From positions 1-64,000 of the forward strand of contig FLMG01000516.1 in the NCBI GenBank assembly GCA_900088475.1: DNA of 64,000 nucleotides. Reading direction: 5' to 3'. Numbering within the stretch: the first letter of the stretch is position 1; every line of letters starts with the position of its first letter. A program made the position numbers and the translations under genes. The notes under the pieces were generated by a model that made no database searches, was not told the origin of the DNA, and saw nothing but the letters and a program-made list of their open reading frames with translations. Below are positions 1-12,326 of the stretch, in pieces. Source of the DNA: Hyphochytrium catenoides (lineage: Eukaryota > Protista > Hyphochytriomycota).

Positions 1-51
1 AGCTAAGATCGTTCGGGCGCTCCTGACCCAAGAAGAGGTCAACAATACTGT

Positions 52-1090
52 TAGACATAAACCCAACCCGCTGACATAAACCCAACGCGCTGCCTGCCAT
101 CGACCCAACGCGCTGCCATAAACCCAACCTGCTGCCATAAACCCAACCCGTTGCCCTAATCCTAACCCGCTGCCATAAACCCAACCCGCTGCCATAAAAA
201 ACCCCACTCGCTGCCATAAACCCAACCCGCTGCCATAAACCCAACCCGATGCCATAAACCCAACCCGCTACCTTAAACCCAACCCGATGCCATAACCCCT
301 ACCCGCTGTCGTAACCCCAACCCGCGATAACGCTAACCTGCTGCCATAACCCTAACCGTTGCCATTACCCCAACCCGCTGACATAAACCCAACCCGCTGA
401 CATAAACCCAACCCGCTGACATAAACCCAACGCGCTGCCATAAACCCAACGCGCTGCCATAAACCCAACCTGCTGCCATAAACCCAACCCGTTGTCATTA
501 TCCTAAGCGGCTGCCATAAAATTAACCTGTTGCCATAAAGCCAACCCGCTGCCATAACTCGCTCCCATAACCCCCTGCTATAACCCGCCGCCATAACCCC
601 AACCCGCTGCTGTAACGCGCTGCCATCACTCGGTTCCCCAACCCGCTGCCATAACCCCAACCCGCTGCCATAACCTGCTGCCATAACCCGCTGCTCTAAC
701 CGCTGCTCTAACCCGCTGCCATAAGCCGCTGCTCTAACTCGCTGCAGTAAACCGCTGCCATAACCCGCTGCTGTAACGCGCTGCCATAACTCGGTGCCAT
801 AAGCCGCTGCCATAACCTGCCGCCATAACCCGCTGCCATAGCCAGCTGCACTTACCCGTTGCCCTAGCCCGCTGCAGCAGCCCGTGCAGCAAACCGCTGG
901 ACTAAAGCGCTGCACTAAGCCGTTGCACTAACCCGCTGCACTATCCCGCTGACCTTACCCGCTGCCCTAACCATAACCCTCTGCGCTTACGATACCGTTG
1001 CCCTAATCATGGCCCATTGTGTTAACCATAATACACTGCCATAACCATAGCCCGCTGCCTTAACCGTAACCCGCTGCCCTAGTCATAGCC
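52..1090 (+). repeat. Subtelomere-like satellite, 19-bp unit (GCCATAAACCCAACCCGCT) grading into a 13-bp unit (GCCATAACCCGCT)
   Basis: Tandem degenerate units read directly. They contain CCCTAA/CCATAA/ACCCAA hexamers, with the C-rich strand on + at the window's left end. Confidence 0.9.
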
Positions 1091-1743
1091 TGTTGAGGGT
1101 CAAACTTTTCTCTCACGTTCTTTCATCTGACTCTTTGTGGTTGTTCTTTTAACTTTGGTCTTATGTAGGATTATAGGAGAGGTAGAGTTCTAGACTTAGA
1201 GGGAACAGTATTGAGCCCCCCTTTTAGAGAGTCAAAGCTTAGGCCCTTAGATTCGTAGCAAGAGTAAGACTAGTAGCATGTTTCGGTAGAAGTAGAAGTA
1301 GAGTAGGACCGGGCCAGAAGAAGTGTCACCAGGCACGCGCCTTTGACCTGGTCGTAAAGGGTAGCTTAGCTATAGTTTATCTTAGTAGTGAGAAGATTAG
1401 AGTCGTAACGTTACGACGCTGTAAGGTAGACTTTTGAGTAGAGGGTAGTATAGCTCATAGCTAAAGTTAGAGTAGAGCAGAAGAGCAATAGCATCTAGAG
1501 TTAAGATGAGCCGAGCTCTTTGCCGACTTGTCAGTAGTGAGTTCATTCTGCAATTTGTCAAGCACCAGAAAACTCAGCTAGCCAACCTGCTAAAGCGTCT
1601 TTAGCTGCACGGACCTTCATAACAGCTTTACCGCTGTATTAGCTCTTAGACCTGTCTGTGAGGTGATCGGCTTAACCGCTGTTCCTCGTAACTTCCTCTG
1701 TTAGCGCGCCGGTTGGTACGTCGTGACCGGACTGCTCTCAACA
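1091..1743. mobile_element. Solo LTR of an LTR retrotransposon (653 bp)
   Basis: Termini TGTTGAG...CTCAACA form a perfect 7-bp inverted repeat (TG..CA). The element is flanked by the 5-bp direct repeat TAGCC (1086-1090 and 1744-1748), and the satellite resumes on both sides. Confidence 0.85.
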
Positions 1744-1850
1744 TAGCCCGCTGCCCTAACCAGAACTCGTTGCCCTAACCATAGCCTGCTGCCCTAACCA
1801 TAAACATATATAACCCGCTGCCCTAAGGATAACCCTAAGCCGTAACAATA
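1744..1850 (+). repeat. Continuation of the telomere-like satellite (CCCTAA-containing units)
   Basis: gccctaaccataG/Accc-type units like those at 960-1090. Confidence 0.85.
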
Positions 1851-4079
1851 TCCTAGGGGGCGTTGTAACCCCTGCAGCTATCTGCTACTCTGTTCCGTTA
1901 ATACGTTATCCCAATTAGCGTATCACAAACGCATTGCTGGATCACCTGTTTCTGAACAGCTGCCTTACACCTAGCTTATATACAGCTATCTCTATGCACC
2001 CGCTAAACCCTTCCTAATCGTGATAATATAGTTATCAAGCCCCTCTTTAATCCCGACCAAATCTCTCTTCTTTCTTTGTCTTTGTCTGGCTCTCTGACTC
2101 AGTTTACTGACAACTTTATTTTGCGTACTGCGGTCCAGTGCCGGTGTCCATTCCTTTCTGTTCTGTTCTGTTGTGCTCCCTCTTCGTCTTCCATCTTCCG
2201 TTGTGTTAGTTCTTTTTATCTCACTTCCGCGCCCATTGGACTTTTATTCCGCCCTGTGCCATTCTCTGCCGTTCCGTGGCCTCTAACTATCTTGAGCTCT
2301 TACTCTCAAGACCACCTGTTCATCTTACCCGTTATTCACGCCCATCTGTTACTTGAAACTCTATGTCTTCCTTGCCTTGCGTTATTGTTTGATTCCTTCC
2401 GAATCTTCTCCCTGTTTTCCTTCCTAGGCCCCTCTTCTTTGTCGCGGATCTGTAACAAGCAGCGGGGCTGAAGCGGGTGCGAGACCTTATGAATCTTCTG
2501 GCTAGCCGATGTCCAATCAAGATGGAGAGATCTGGGATTCTCTCCGGCTAGTTGGAGATGGTTAGAGCTTCACAGTGCGTCATCGGAAGGGCAGAACAAG
2601 CCAGGAACGGGGAGCTCTTAGAAAGTAAGGAAGGAATAGGAGAGGTCAGCAAGGGAACCACGGAGCGATGGTCAGAGGAGAGCGATCTTCGGGTGTGAAG
2701 AAGAGCAGAGAGATAATGTGTATTAGGCAGTAGTAATGCACGTGAAGATGTACGGATGTAGGCAAGAGCAGCAAGAGACGAGGAGAAGAAGAGAGAATAT
2801 GAGAGAGAGAAGCTACAATAGATGGGTAGGAGCGGTAGAAAGTAGGAACTAACAAGCAGGCAGTGGAAGTCAGACAGGATTTGGCTATATCTTTGTAACG
2901 CGAACACGCCACTTCCTGCTAGAAGACCGCTGGGTTGACTAACTGCTTTGAAGCTGCAAGGAGGCTCTTCTGACTATTGGGCTGCCGGCTCAGATTAGTT
3001 CTCTTAGCAGGTTCATTATCGGTCGGCCGTTAGCTGGAGCTTACTGCGGCTTCATAAACCAGTCTGCAGACTCGATTTGTGGCACAGTCTCGGTTAATCC
3101 CGAGAGTGTCTCAGTATTCAATACTCATCTATATCTGTTCCTAACCTATATTGATCGCAGACTGCTGTCCCTCCAGACCTTCTATGTTCTCTACTTTCGG
3201 GTCGGGCTCAACACTAGAAAGCGACTTGTATAGAACGAGATCGCAGATTGGAATTGTGCTGAAATAGCGGGCCTTATGAGTCTGTAGGGACAGACACGAG
3301 GATGCCCTATAAGCTCTATAATAGGCTAGGTTGGTACCCTAAGGCAAGGATGAAGATGAGGGTTCAGAGATAGATATAGTCTTCATGTCTGCAATGACGC
3401 GAAGGAGGCTGCACAACTCCGTTACTGACAACGCTGGAGTAGTCCTTGCAGGATTGGCCTCCGTTTGTGAAATACACTCGACCAACGGTCCTTGTCGGAG
3501 CGAACCTCTTCTTCCACTTAGTAATAGATACATGTACTAGAAAGCTTGTCGTAAAAGCTCCCATTGCATTAATATACATATCATGTTCAAGCACAATTGT
3601 TGGTTATCATAGAGATCTTGTAGGCAATCTTAATATAATAGTTGCACCGCAGCGTCAAGAGACGTGCAACAGAACGTTCAACTGGGTAACAGTGAAGAAG
3701 TCCTCCCTTTGTTGCATTGCTGCGGCTCGCCTTGCTAGCGAAACTTTCCTGTCACCAAGCTCCGGTTCGTTCTTCTCCTTGTGTTTCTTCTTTCTTCTTC
3801 CTCCTCCTTTCCCTTTGACATGCCGAATAACTTTAATGATACTATGGCCGTTTGTTGTGATTAGACGCCTCCCCTGCGTCCACTGTGAGTGCCCGCACTT
3901 TCCTTATGGGAAGTCTTAGTAAAGGTATACCTGAACAGTCTTGTCCTCTCGACAACAACGCTTGAAATTCACCATTTCACAACCCGCAAAAGCGGCAGGA
4001 ACACTATTAGTCGTGGAGATGACCAGTGGCCACCGCCGTCATTCATCAATTCATTAGTGTTAACAAGCACCAAAAGAAG

Positions 4080-4950
4080 CAGACAGGAGAAGACAGACCG
4101 TAGCCGGAGCCAGGTGGAAGCAGGAGGTAGGAGGAGTAGGAGATAGAAAATGCAGGTGAAAGTCGGAAGCAGCAGTAGGAGGGGCGAGGCGGCAGGGCTG
4201 TAGAAGGCAAGAGGCAGGAGGTAATGAGGCATTAGTAATAAGGGTAGGAGGCGGTCGAAGGGGGCATGAAGTCCAAAGCAGGTGCAACAAGAGGCATTAC
4301 GAGAAGTAGAAAGTAGCAGCAGCAGGAGGGAGCAGAAGAATTGGGAGGTTTAGGGGTCAATAAGCAAGGCAGGCGGCAGCAGCACCGGGTACGAGGCGGA
4401 AAGCAGCAGCATCAGGCAGGAACCAAGCAGGAGTTAGGTAGGCAACAGCAGGAGACTGGACGCAACGGGCAGTAGCAAGAAGCAGCAACATTGAGTAACA
4501 GCAGACTAGAGGAGACAGCGGACCGTAGGAGACAGGAGGCAGCAGCAGGACTGTAGCCGGTTATTAATTAGCAGCAGAAGGAAGCATCATGGCGCAGCAG
4601 CAGGGAGAAAGGGGCATAGCGTCAGGGCAGTAGGAGACAGGGGGCAAGCCACAATACGAGACAGGGAGCACGAAGAAGGCTACACTAGGTGACTGCAAGG
4701 TTGTAGTAGTGGATATAATGAGGAGGAGCCCAACAACAGATTTTGTTATTAGGAGACAGCACCAGGACGCAAACACAGCAGGACAAGTAGGGGCAAGAGG
4801 CAGGACACCATATTGGAAGACAGGAGACTCCGGACAGAAGGCAGGGACACTGGGCAGCATCACGAGGCAAATGGCCTTGCCAGTGCAGCCAGCCATAAAG
4901 GCAGTACAGGCAGAGGCAGGAGACAGTACGCAAGAAGATAGGAGGCAGGA
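4080..4950. repeat. Degenerate purine-rich low-complexity repeat region (GCAGGAG / GGAGACAG-like motifs)
   Basis: Recurring gcaggag, agcagc and ggagacag motifs. The ORFs here are low-complexity Pro/Cys/Leu artefacts. Confidence 0.5.
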
Positions 4951-5399
4951 GGCACTCTCTAATTCCTCTCTTTGTCTCTTTGCAACTCTATTCGCCTCTC
5001 CATATGTCTCTTTTCTCTAAATGTTTCTCTATATGTTAGTCCGTCCTCGCAAGTCCATCTGACCCACCCTAACCCTAAGCCTCTCTGTCTCTGTGTCTCT
5101 CTGTCACTCTGTCACTCTCTCCATACACTCTTTTTGTTTTTTATACGTGTCATTGTCGCCTGATGGCTCTCTCTATCCTTCTATCCTTGCCTCCTCTCAC
5201 TCTCTAGGTCCCGTCCGTGCATCTTCAATTGTCTAGACCTTGAAAGTGGAGCCAATCAGAAAGATAATATTTTCCGGGAATATCAGCTGGTTGAGGACCG
5301 CACTAGGACGGCAGACAGCCCCTTGTTGGTAATACGAAAGCTACCGGTGTCGGCCCTTCATATCATAGACTTATAAGGACGCCGTAAGATTAAGAGCAG

Positions 5400-8300
5400 A
5401 CGACAGAAAAAACAGTTGTGAAGGACGATTTGGAAACGGCAAACGAAGAAGAGAAAGAATGGAACCAAAGGAACGTGTGACGGAGCGACGTTTATGCTGA
5501 GAGATTTAGCTGTAACGCGATCAAGTAAGACGAAGATAGACCTGAATAGAGACGACGGGTACCACCTACGAGTGTTGCTTACAGACATATAAAAACACCG
5601 TAAGGGACACAGAGAGGCGGTAGTAGACTGAATAATCCTTCAGTAGAGAGAGGAGGTTAGGGGATGGTATGAACTCCACTGAGCAAGAGATGAGGACACA
5701 ACGAGCCGGGAGGAGGTGTTGATGATTTCATAAAGCAGCAGAGAGAGAGAGGATGGAGGGAGAAAGTGTAGGAGATACCAGGAGGTGCTTACCTGCCAGA
5801 AAGGGTCGAGAATAGGTTGGGAGAAAGTGAGAGTGGTGGCAAAGAGAGGTCATCAGTGGAAGAACTAAGTAATGGGGGAGCGGGAGCATAGCTATTACCG
5901 AAGGAGGAGGGGCGAGCAGATACATCAGGGGCGGAAGTGCTAGTCAGAAAAAAGAAACGGAGGAGGAAAGGGGATATCTTAGCTTCCACTAATAAGGCTA
6001 ATAAAACAGAAGAGAAATATAAAAAAGAAGAGGATCGTTAAAGGAAGGGAAATGGGACGGCAGGGTCCAAATCGGGGAGAGCTAAGGAGCTCAGGTAAGG
6101 GAGAACAAGAAGGAGAGGGGAAGCGGAAAGAGCGATCCATTGAGAAGGAGAGGAAAAGATTAAGCGAAGTACAGAGATTGAGAAATGGAACAAATGCAAA
6201 ATGAGAGACCTCTATAGACTAGATTGGACCGCGAGAGGGAGGAACTAAGCGATGAAGGGCTTCCCATGAAAGGACAAAGCGGCCTAAGCGTCTAGCTCCT
6301 CGGAGAGCGTGTTAAATGTGCACTTCCTCAACTACTGACCAACCACCTGATCCGCTGGGTGAGGATCGGCCGGTGTATGGGATGCTGTCTCTCCTCTTTG
6401 AGGCTATTCTTAGGACGGGTTCCTGACTCGAAGAGTCAACGCACGGCTCTGACGACGGATGCTCTCTTTCTTTTCCCATTCTGCCCCTCTTCCTGTTGTT
6501 TGCATGTTTTTAGGATAGCCTGTTGATACAACCTCTCTTGGTTTCATGCTACTACTACTCTATCTTTGCATTCTGGGGTAGCCTGATGACTCTCTCGTGA
6601 GGGAGACTCTTTCTTCTCGCTCTGTATCGCAATTAATAAACTTCTTTCTGAAGTAGACGGCAATTTGTTAATTTCGCGTTTACCCGCGGAGTCTTCCTCT
6701 GCGTGGTGCTTGTCTGAACTGAGGCCTGGCCAGCCAAGGTGCAGACAGAGCACCTTCCCTCTCTCGATCCGCCTCAGTCTCTTATACTACAGATCAAGAG
6801 CGAGCAAGGGAGATGCTGTCCAGAAAGTGGCGCTAACTTTTGATGGCCAGGAGAGCAAGGTACATGATACACTTCAATGGGAGCGTGAGCGAAGAGGGGC
6901 GAATAACATGGGTGCGAGGGAGCACGGAAGAGGCCAGATTAAGACGAGAGATAATAGCAACGTCATAACATACATCAGTGCCCTAAGCTAAGACCGAGTA
7001 GATCGCACTACTACCGCTATCTGTACCATAATAACATGGACGATAGGAGACAGTGGAAAGCATGAAAGCATGGAAAAGAGGGGAATGCCCGAGCGACTGA
7101 ACATGGTTTAGAGGAGTGTGCATTAATAAGGCCGCCGGGACAGAGCAGAGAACCAATGCAAGGAAGCAAAATGAGAGAATACAATGACAATCAATGGAAG
7201 AAGGTGGAAGGAGGAGGGCGAAACAGCTGACAACCACCACTTAGGAAACCAGATAGATAGAGAAAAAGAACAGCAGTGGGCTGGACTGGGCGACAGAAAC
7301 CAAATCAGCTACAGAAAAAGGCATGAACGGAGAGGAGAAGGCATGGACTTAGAAGCGACGGCGAAAGGGACGCAGAGAGGTAAAGAGAAAAAGAGAGAGA
7401 ATCATAGCGGTAGGTGCATAAGTATGGAGAGAGATGGAGGGGAGAGAAAGAGAAAGAGAGGAGACGAAGGGGGAATGGCAAAAGGGGAGGGAGTGAGTGA
7501 GTGACGGTAGTAGTCGTTGGCATGATGACGATACTCCTGCAGGGGGAACCCCCTCCAGGCATGGCTAGGAGGCAATACCAAAGAGAGATGGCGAGCGGAG
7601 AAAACCCGGGCCACTTTTGTGGTAGAGTTAGCTTCACTCAAAATCGCGTCGGAGCAAGGGTAAACGAGAATAATAAGAGAACGAAGAGACGAAGGTGCTG
7701 TGCTAGAGATTAAAGAGCCAAGCCTAACCCTAATGAAAGAAGGAAGAGAGTGTGGACCCCTGAGAGCCAAGCATCAGAGAAGAGTGGCAGAAATAGATTA
7801 AGACGGGAACAATTTGGGAGGAAAGACGGAGGAGGAGAGTCGCTTTGCATGAGACCAGAAAGAGGAACAGTAAGTGTGAGCGAGGTACACAGAGGAAGAC
7901 TGGTAGAGATATCATGAGGCCAGAGATTGATATAGAAAGAAACGAAGAGAGTAGGTTCCACCTGACTGGATAAAGTGTTCAACTCTGCTAACCCTACTTA
8001 GCACAACAACTAGAATATCTAAGAGTTTCTGATTTCATGATCCTCATGTCCATCAATAAAACCAGCCTGCGCCACCCGGCGATTCCTAGGTCGGTGCGGG
8101 ATAAAGACTGTTTTAGCTGAGAGATATGGAAGACCAGATGCCGGTAAGAGTCGGACATGCGCCAGGTTCGTTCATCCGTGCCCAAAGGCATGCCAGCCAC
8201 CTTTTGGACAGCTACTGGCTGCTGTCATGAGCTAACTTACGATCCTAGCGAAGTTGTTACGCCTCCAGGTTGCTGCCAGGTGGCAGCCAGGGCCGGTCAA

Positions 8301-8570
8301 CAGCCATGAAGCAATAGCCAAGGAACTTGCGATGTAGCTGCTGGTATGCGGACCAGCCCGAAAGAAATAACCGGTTGAGGGAAGCCATCAGTGAAGGTCG
8401 ATCCCCTCGCGGGCTCTTCTGTTTCCAGAGGCGGAAGGGCCGTACTATGTAACACCCTGTCTTCGCCTGCAGCAGCCGAGAGAGGCAGGCGGCGGAAGTG
8501 CCTCTTGTACCTTCGACAACTTCTATCGTTGGCCCCACTGCTCCATACGCTTCCAGTGCCACTGGCCAAA
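5400..8570 (-). pseudogene. Probable decayed multi-exon gene remnant(s), family unidentified
   Basis: Exon-sized mixed-composition blocks (about 6270-6460, 6690-6860, 7530-7660, 8000-8570) alternate with blocks that are polypyrimidine-rich on the minus strand, like the introns of intact genes. Reading frames contain stops (e.g. LLALDL*YKRLRRIE). Confidence 0.35.
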
Positions 8571-8641
8571 TGCGTCTTTTTTCTCTTTCTTTTTCCTGTT
8601 CCTCACCACCATCAATCCCATACTTTCTTTCCCCAAACTCG

Positions 8642-8645
<4 letters not shown>

Positions 8646-8679
<34 letters not shown>
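8646..8679. repeat. (CT)n microsatellite
   Basis: Perfect dinucleotide run. Confidence 0.95.
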
Positions 8680-8683
<4 letters not shown>

Positions 8684-11362
8684 TCTCTCTGCTGTACTCT
8701 CTCTGGCTCTTCATTCTATTTCTTCTCTCTCTTTTTTCTCTCTCTCTTCTCAATGTTCTTTTCGCTCTCACTTTCCTCTCCTTCTCTCTTCGCTTCCCCT
8801 AAGTCCACACCTCTCTGTTCTCTTTCTCTTGATTCGTCTTTTTCCTGGTCCTCAAATACTTATTGGTATGCGAAAGCCCTCAAGGGTTTATCTTCTATAG
8901 GGCAGCTTCGCATAGAAATTTTTTAAGGATATTTCTGGCTTCTCCATTTTCCTGGCTACAGTCTCTCTCTCTCTCTTTTTATCTCTGGCTTTCCTCTTTT
9001 GCTGCTCCGCTGGAGAACACTTTCAGTCTCTAACGACTGTCTTTCTCTCTTTACTCCCTCTTCTCTTGAACACTCCCCACTTTCTTCTATTCTTCTTTTT
9101 ACCGTAAGATCCATTCCGCCGAGCCACCACTCATCTGTTCTGCTGGTGGGAAGTCTCTCTTTCTCTCTCATTATTTCCCACCATCCCCTGCAAGTGCTAT
9201 TGTTTGTCCCGTTGTCCTCCCGACCGCTTCCGGAAAAGAGGAACAAGAGCCTCAGATGGAGCTCTCTGCACCCTCCTCCCTTCGTCATCCCACCTTGTCT
9301 CTCTCCTCGGGTAATGACAGCAAAAGCACAGATCTTCCAATGCAATTCTGGGTCAAAAGACGGGAGAACCTGTCCCTCAAGGGCAGACGCGTCTTCTGTT
9401 CCTCTTCCTCTATTTTTTTTTCTCTTCTTAGTCCTTCCTTTCACGAATTCTTCTTCCTCCTGGTGATAGATTATATTATGGTCTTCTCGTTCTGGGCCCA
9501 TGGTCACTCCAGGAGATCCAGGGAAAGGTTAGGCCCAATTACCGATGAACGCTCACCTACCAAGTAAGGAAAGGGTTCTGAGAACGAGAGGAGTGAAGAA
9601 AGAGTTGATCAGTCATGTGCTGACTAGAGCTACTACCAGATAACCAAGTTCCTTACGTCTATAATCAGGGAACCGCCCACTCTCAGCACGAAACAGTGGT
9701 TGTACAACCAGCCTACAACAGATTTCGCTCCCTTCCTCAGCGGTAGTACAAGAAGGAACGTAATAATAGAGTCAAGGTTATTTGCCAGACTCAAGGTTGC
9801 CTTCTCAGACCTTTAACTTTAACATGGGAGACCTTCTTTTGGGGGAAGCTGCAACCCTGAAACTTACAAGGAGGGAGGCACGACATTGAAATTGGGCTCA
9901 GAGCGAGCGATTTATGCGGTAACGCGCTCATTGTTTACTTACCTGCCGTTCTTTACTCATACCAGCCATTTTTTATCGAATATTGATATCTGCGCCGGTC
10001 TGGTCTGTTGGTGGCTGTGTAGCACCAGGTGTCGGGTGCAAGTTTCTGGTGGTGGGTTCACTTATTAGGTGCGAGGTGCAACTGCCTTTCCCCACTCGTC
10101 TTCATGAGTGCTCCCCTCTTTTTTCTCTTTTGACTACTGATGATTGAGTGGTGATTGATTGGCCATTAATTCTCGCTCGTAGTAGTTGCCTCTTCTTCGT
10201 AGTCAATATCGGCTCGTGGTGGACTTTATTATCATTACCGGTAGTCGTACTACTGTTTATCCTCCTCATCAGTTATACTACCCTTGTTGATAATAGTAGT
10301 GTGGCGTGTCGTAGTGATAGTAGCGCAAGTACAATAATCCGGAAGGGCGACGGCGAAGAAGATCGAAAGAACTAACTGTTGTGCAGCAGCACGATACCGA
10401 TCAACCTTTGACGAACAACATTCTTTTCGATAAATCAACGGCGGCGGAGAACGTCCTTAGTTATTATCAGGTGGCATGATGATGGACCGGCGGTGGCGGA
10501 GTCAGCAACTATAGACGTTCTTTACATGCAGCTTCGGTTCACTACTCGTACTGCTCTACCACTACTGTAGCACAAACCCTACTATGGATGGGTATGGAAG
10601 AAGAAAGAGGAGGGAGGCATTTACTACTAGGAACCTTTACTTGTACTGTCCCCAGCGACGGTTTTGGAGGGCCCATTGTCCCTGAGGTGCGCTGTACGGG
10701 TTCGGAGCTTCTGATGGTACTGAGGGTGTGCTCCCAGCCGTTAGCGCCTAGGACCGCACGGATGTCACAAGCTGTTCTGTTCTTCACTTCACCTCTTCAC
10801 TCCCTGTCGTTGCCTTCACTCTTCCTTCCATGATGATGACAGCATGATATGATGATCATCGCCGCATCGCCGCTGGCGAACACCCTTTCACAGCTGTCCT
10901 GAAACACCGCCACCCTCCTCTGAGGATACAGACAGACATCTTTAAGCTGAAGATGAAGATACTCTAACTGCCTCAGCGCTTTAACTGCCTCAGCGCCCAC
11001 CTGAGAGAACATTTCGCGTTTAATTAGCACAAAATCAGCAGTGGCTGGTGGGCTAATCTGTTCTCAAGTGCTCCGTTCCGGAAGAGAAACAGGGGATCTT
11101 CACTCTAATATCTTTTAGCCTTTGATCTGGAGGTAGAGAGAATTGGATTTCATCAGGTGACACTAGTGCTACACGTCTCAGCAGTTGGCAAAGCCGACAA
11201 ATACCAAAATCGTTGCCCAGATTGGCTCCAGAACTCTTCACTGCATGCAAATAGAGAGCGCACGACAAGTGGGCCGTCGTTGGCAGTGTACCATACTACG
11301 CCAGGTCCATTCCTTAGAGGCTGGCCGTACCCACCGATTCCAAGGGCCAGCTCATTACAAAG

Positions 11363-12326
11363 ATGCCCGTTGGGGGGAAGCTGGTCTTGAAAGGCCAGTC
11401 CGTAGTGACCAAGAAGAAGTAAGTCAACATCAGTTCGTGTCTTTCTATCATCTCTGTAAGCCGGGAGCTAAATGGTATTCTTTTGCGAGTAGAAAGAAGA
11501 CGAAGAAGCGAGAAAGACCCCACGCAGGTGAAGGGGAAGGCCCGGATGGTACTGCCAATGAAGAGACGGAGCTTGTAAAGCAAAAGGGAACTGGAAGAAT
11601 CATCACGAGCGGTACTTCTGTCCATGGCCACGGGACGAAGTTTCTGCATGAACTGGACATTGGCGACGCTATAGTTATTGTCCATCCAACAACGTAAGCG
11701 TGGCAATGTGTTCCACCTGCGTCCTAGATTGTAACACCCCTCCACCAGGCTGACTGAAGAGACTCGCATAGTCCGAATGGTCCTCAGTGACATGTCAATA
11801 TCAATAAGGTATCACTGTTGCAACTGAAAGAGTGGACCGACCCAGACAGCGCTAATCTAATCTACCTCCTTTAAGTTCACCGTTTAGCAGCGATCTGATC
11901 AGTACTACGGCTTTCCACTACATCAAGGCCCCCAAGGATGAGTCGCAGGGCCAATCCCAGGAGGTAAGCACACGACGTCCCGCAGACAGGGTCATTATGA
12001 GTGTTCACCAACGCCGCGACTTACTCACCAGACACTTAAGAAGCAAAAGATGGAGGATGAATTGAAAAGCGCCTATGGAACGTATGCTGGTGGGACGTCG
12101 GCCGGGTCCACAATGACATATAGAGTTAAGAAGGGCGGTGGAGGGGGAGGAGGCGCCTACGGAGGCTACAGTTTGGTTCGGATGGTAAGCAATGTCCAAT
12201 CGCCCTAGATATCTGGCAAGAGCTAGCTAACTGTTGCCCGTGTGACCGAAGTCGGTGGACCAACCTATGTCAAGGGAGGCGCTTCTGGACATGAGATCTA
12301 AGAAGAAGTCCGACAGACTCTGCTAG
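11363..12326 (+). CDS. FRG1-like nuclear protein (~200 aa, 6 exons) with an atypical central domain
   Basis: Spliced reading: MPVGGKLVLKGQSVVTKKK|KKTKKRER...GTGRIITSGTSVHGHGTKFLHELDIGDAIVIVHPTT|LTEETRIVRMVLSD...|...SREALLDMRSKKKSDRLC*. Five GT-AG introns keep the frame. The termini resemble FRG1 (KLVLKG..KKKK; LLDRRAKLKADRYCK). Confidence 0.75.

Noticed and set aside
352-915. 187-aa minus-strand ORF with AAGYGSGL repeats
   Set aside because: It is a translation of the 13/19-bp satellite, whose unit lengths are not multiples of 3.
52-1090. CRISPR array
   Set aside because: Tandem units without unique spacers, in a eukaryotic context with no cas genes.
1864-2457. Possible second LTR (AGGGGG purine tract then TGTAAC...GTAACA)
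   Set aside because: No TSD, no recognisable PBS or gag/pol, and imperfect termini; too weak without family copies.
8391-9567. Several 100-180 aa ORFs rich in SL/RE (also at 36100-36602 and 42963-43526)
   Set aside because: These are translations of CT/GA microsatellites.
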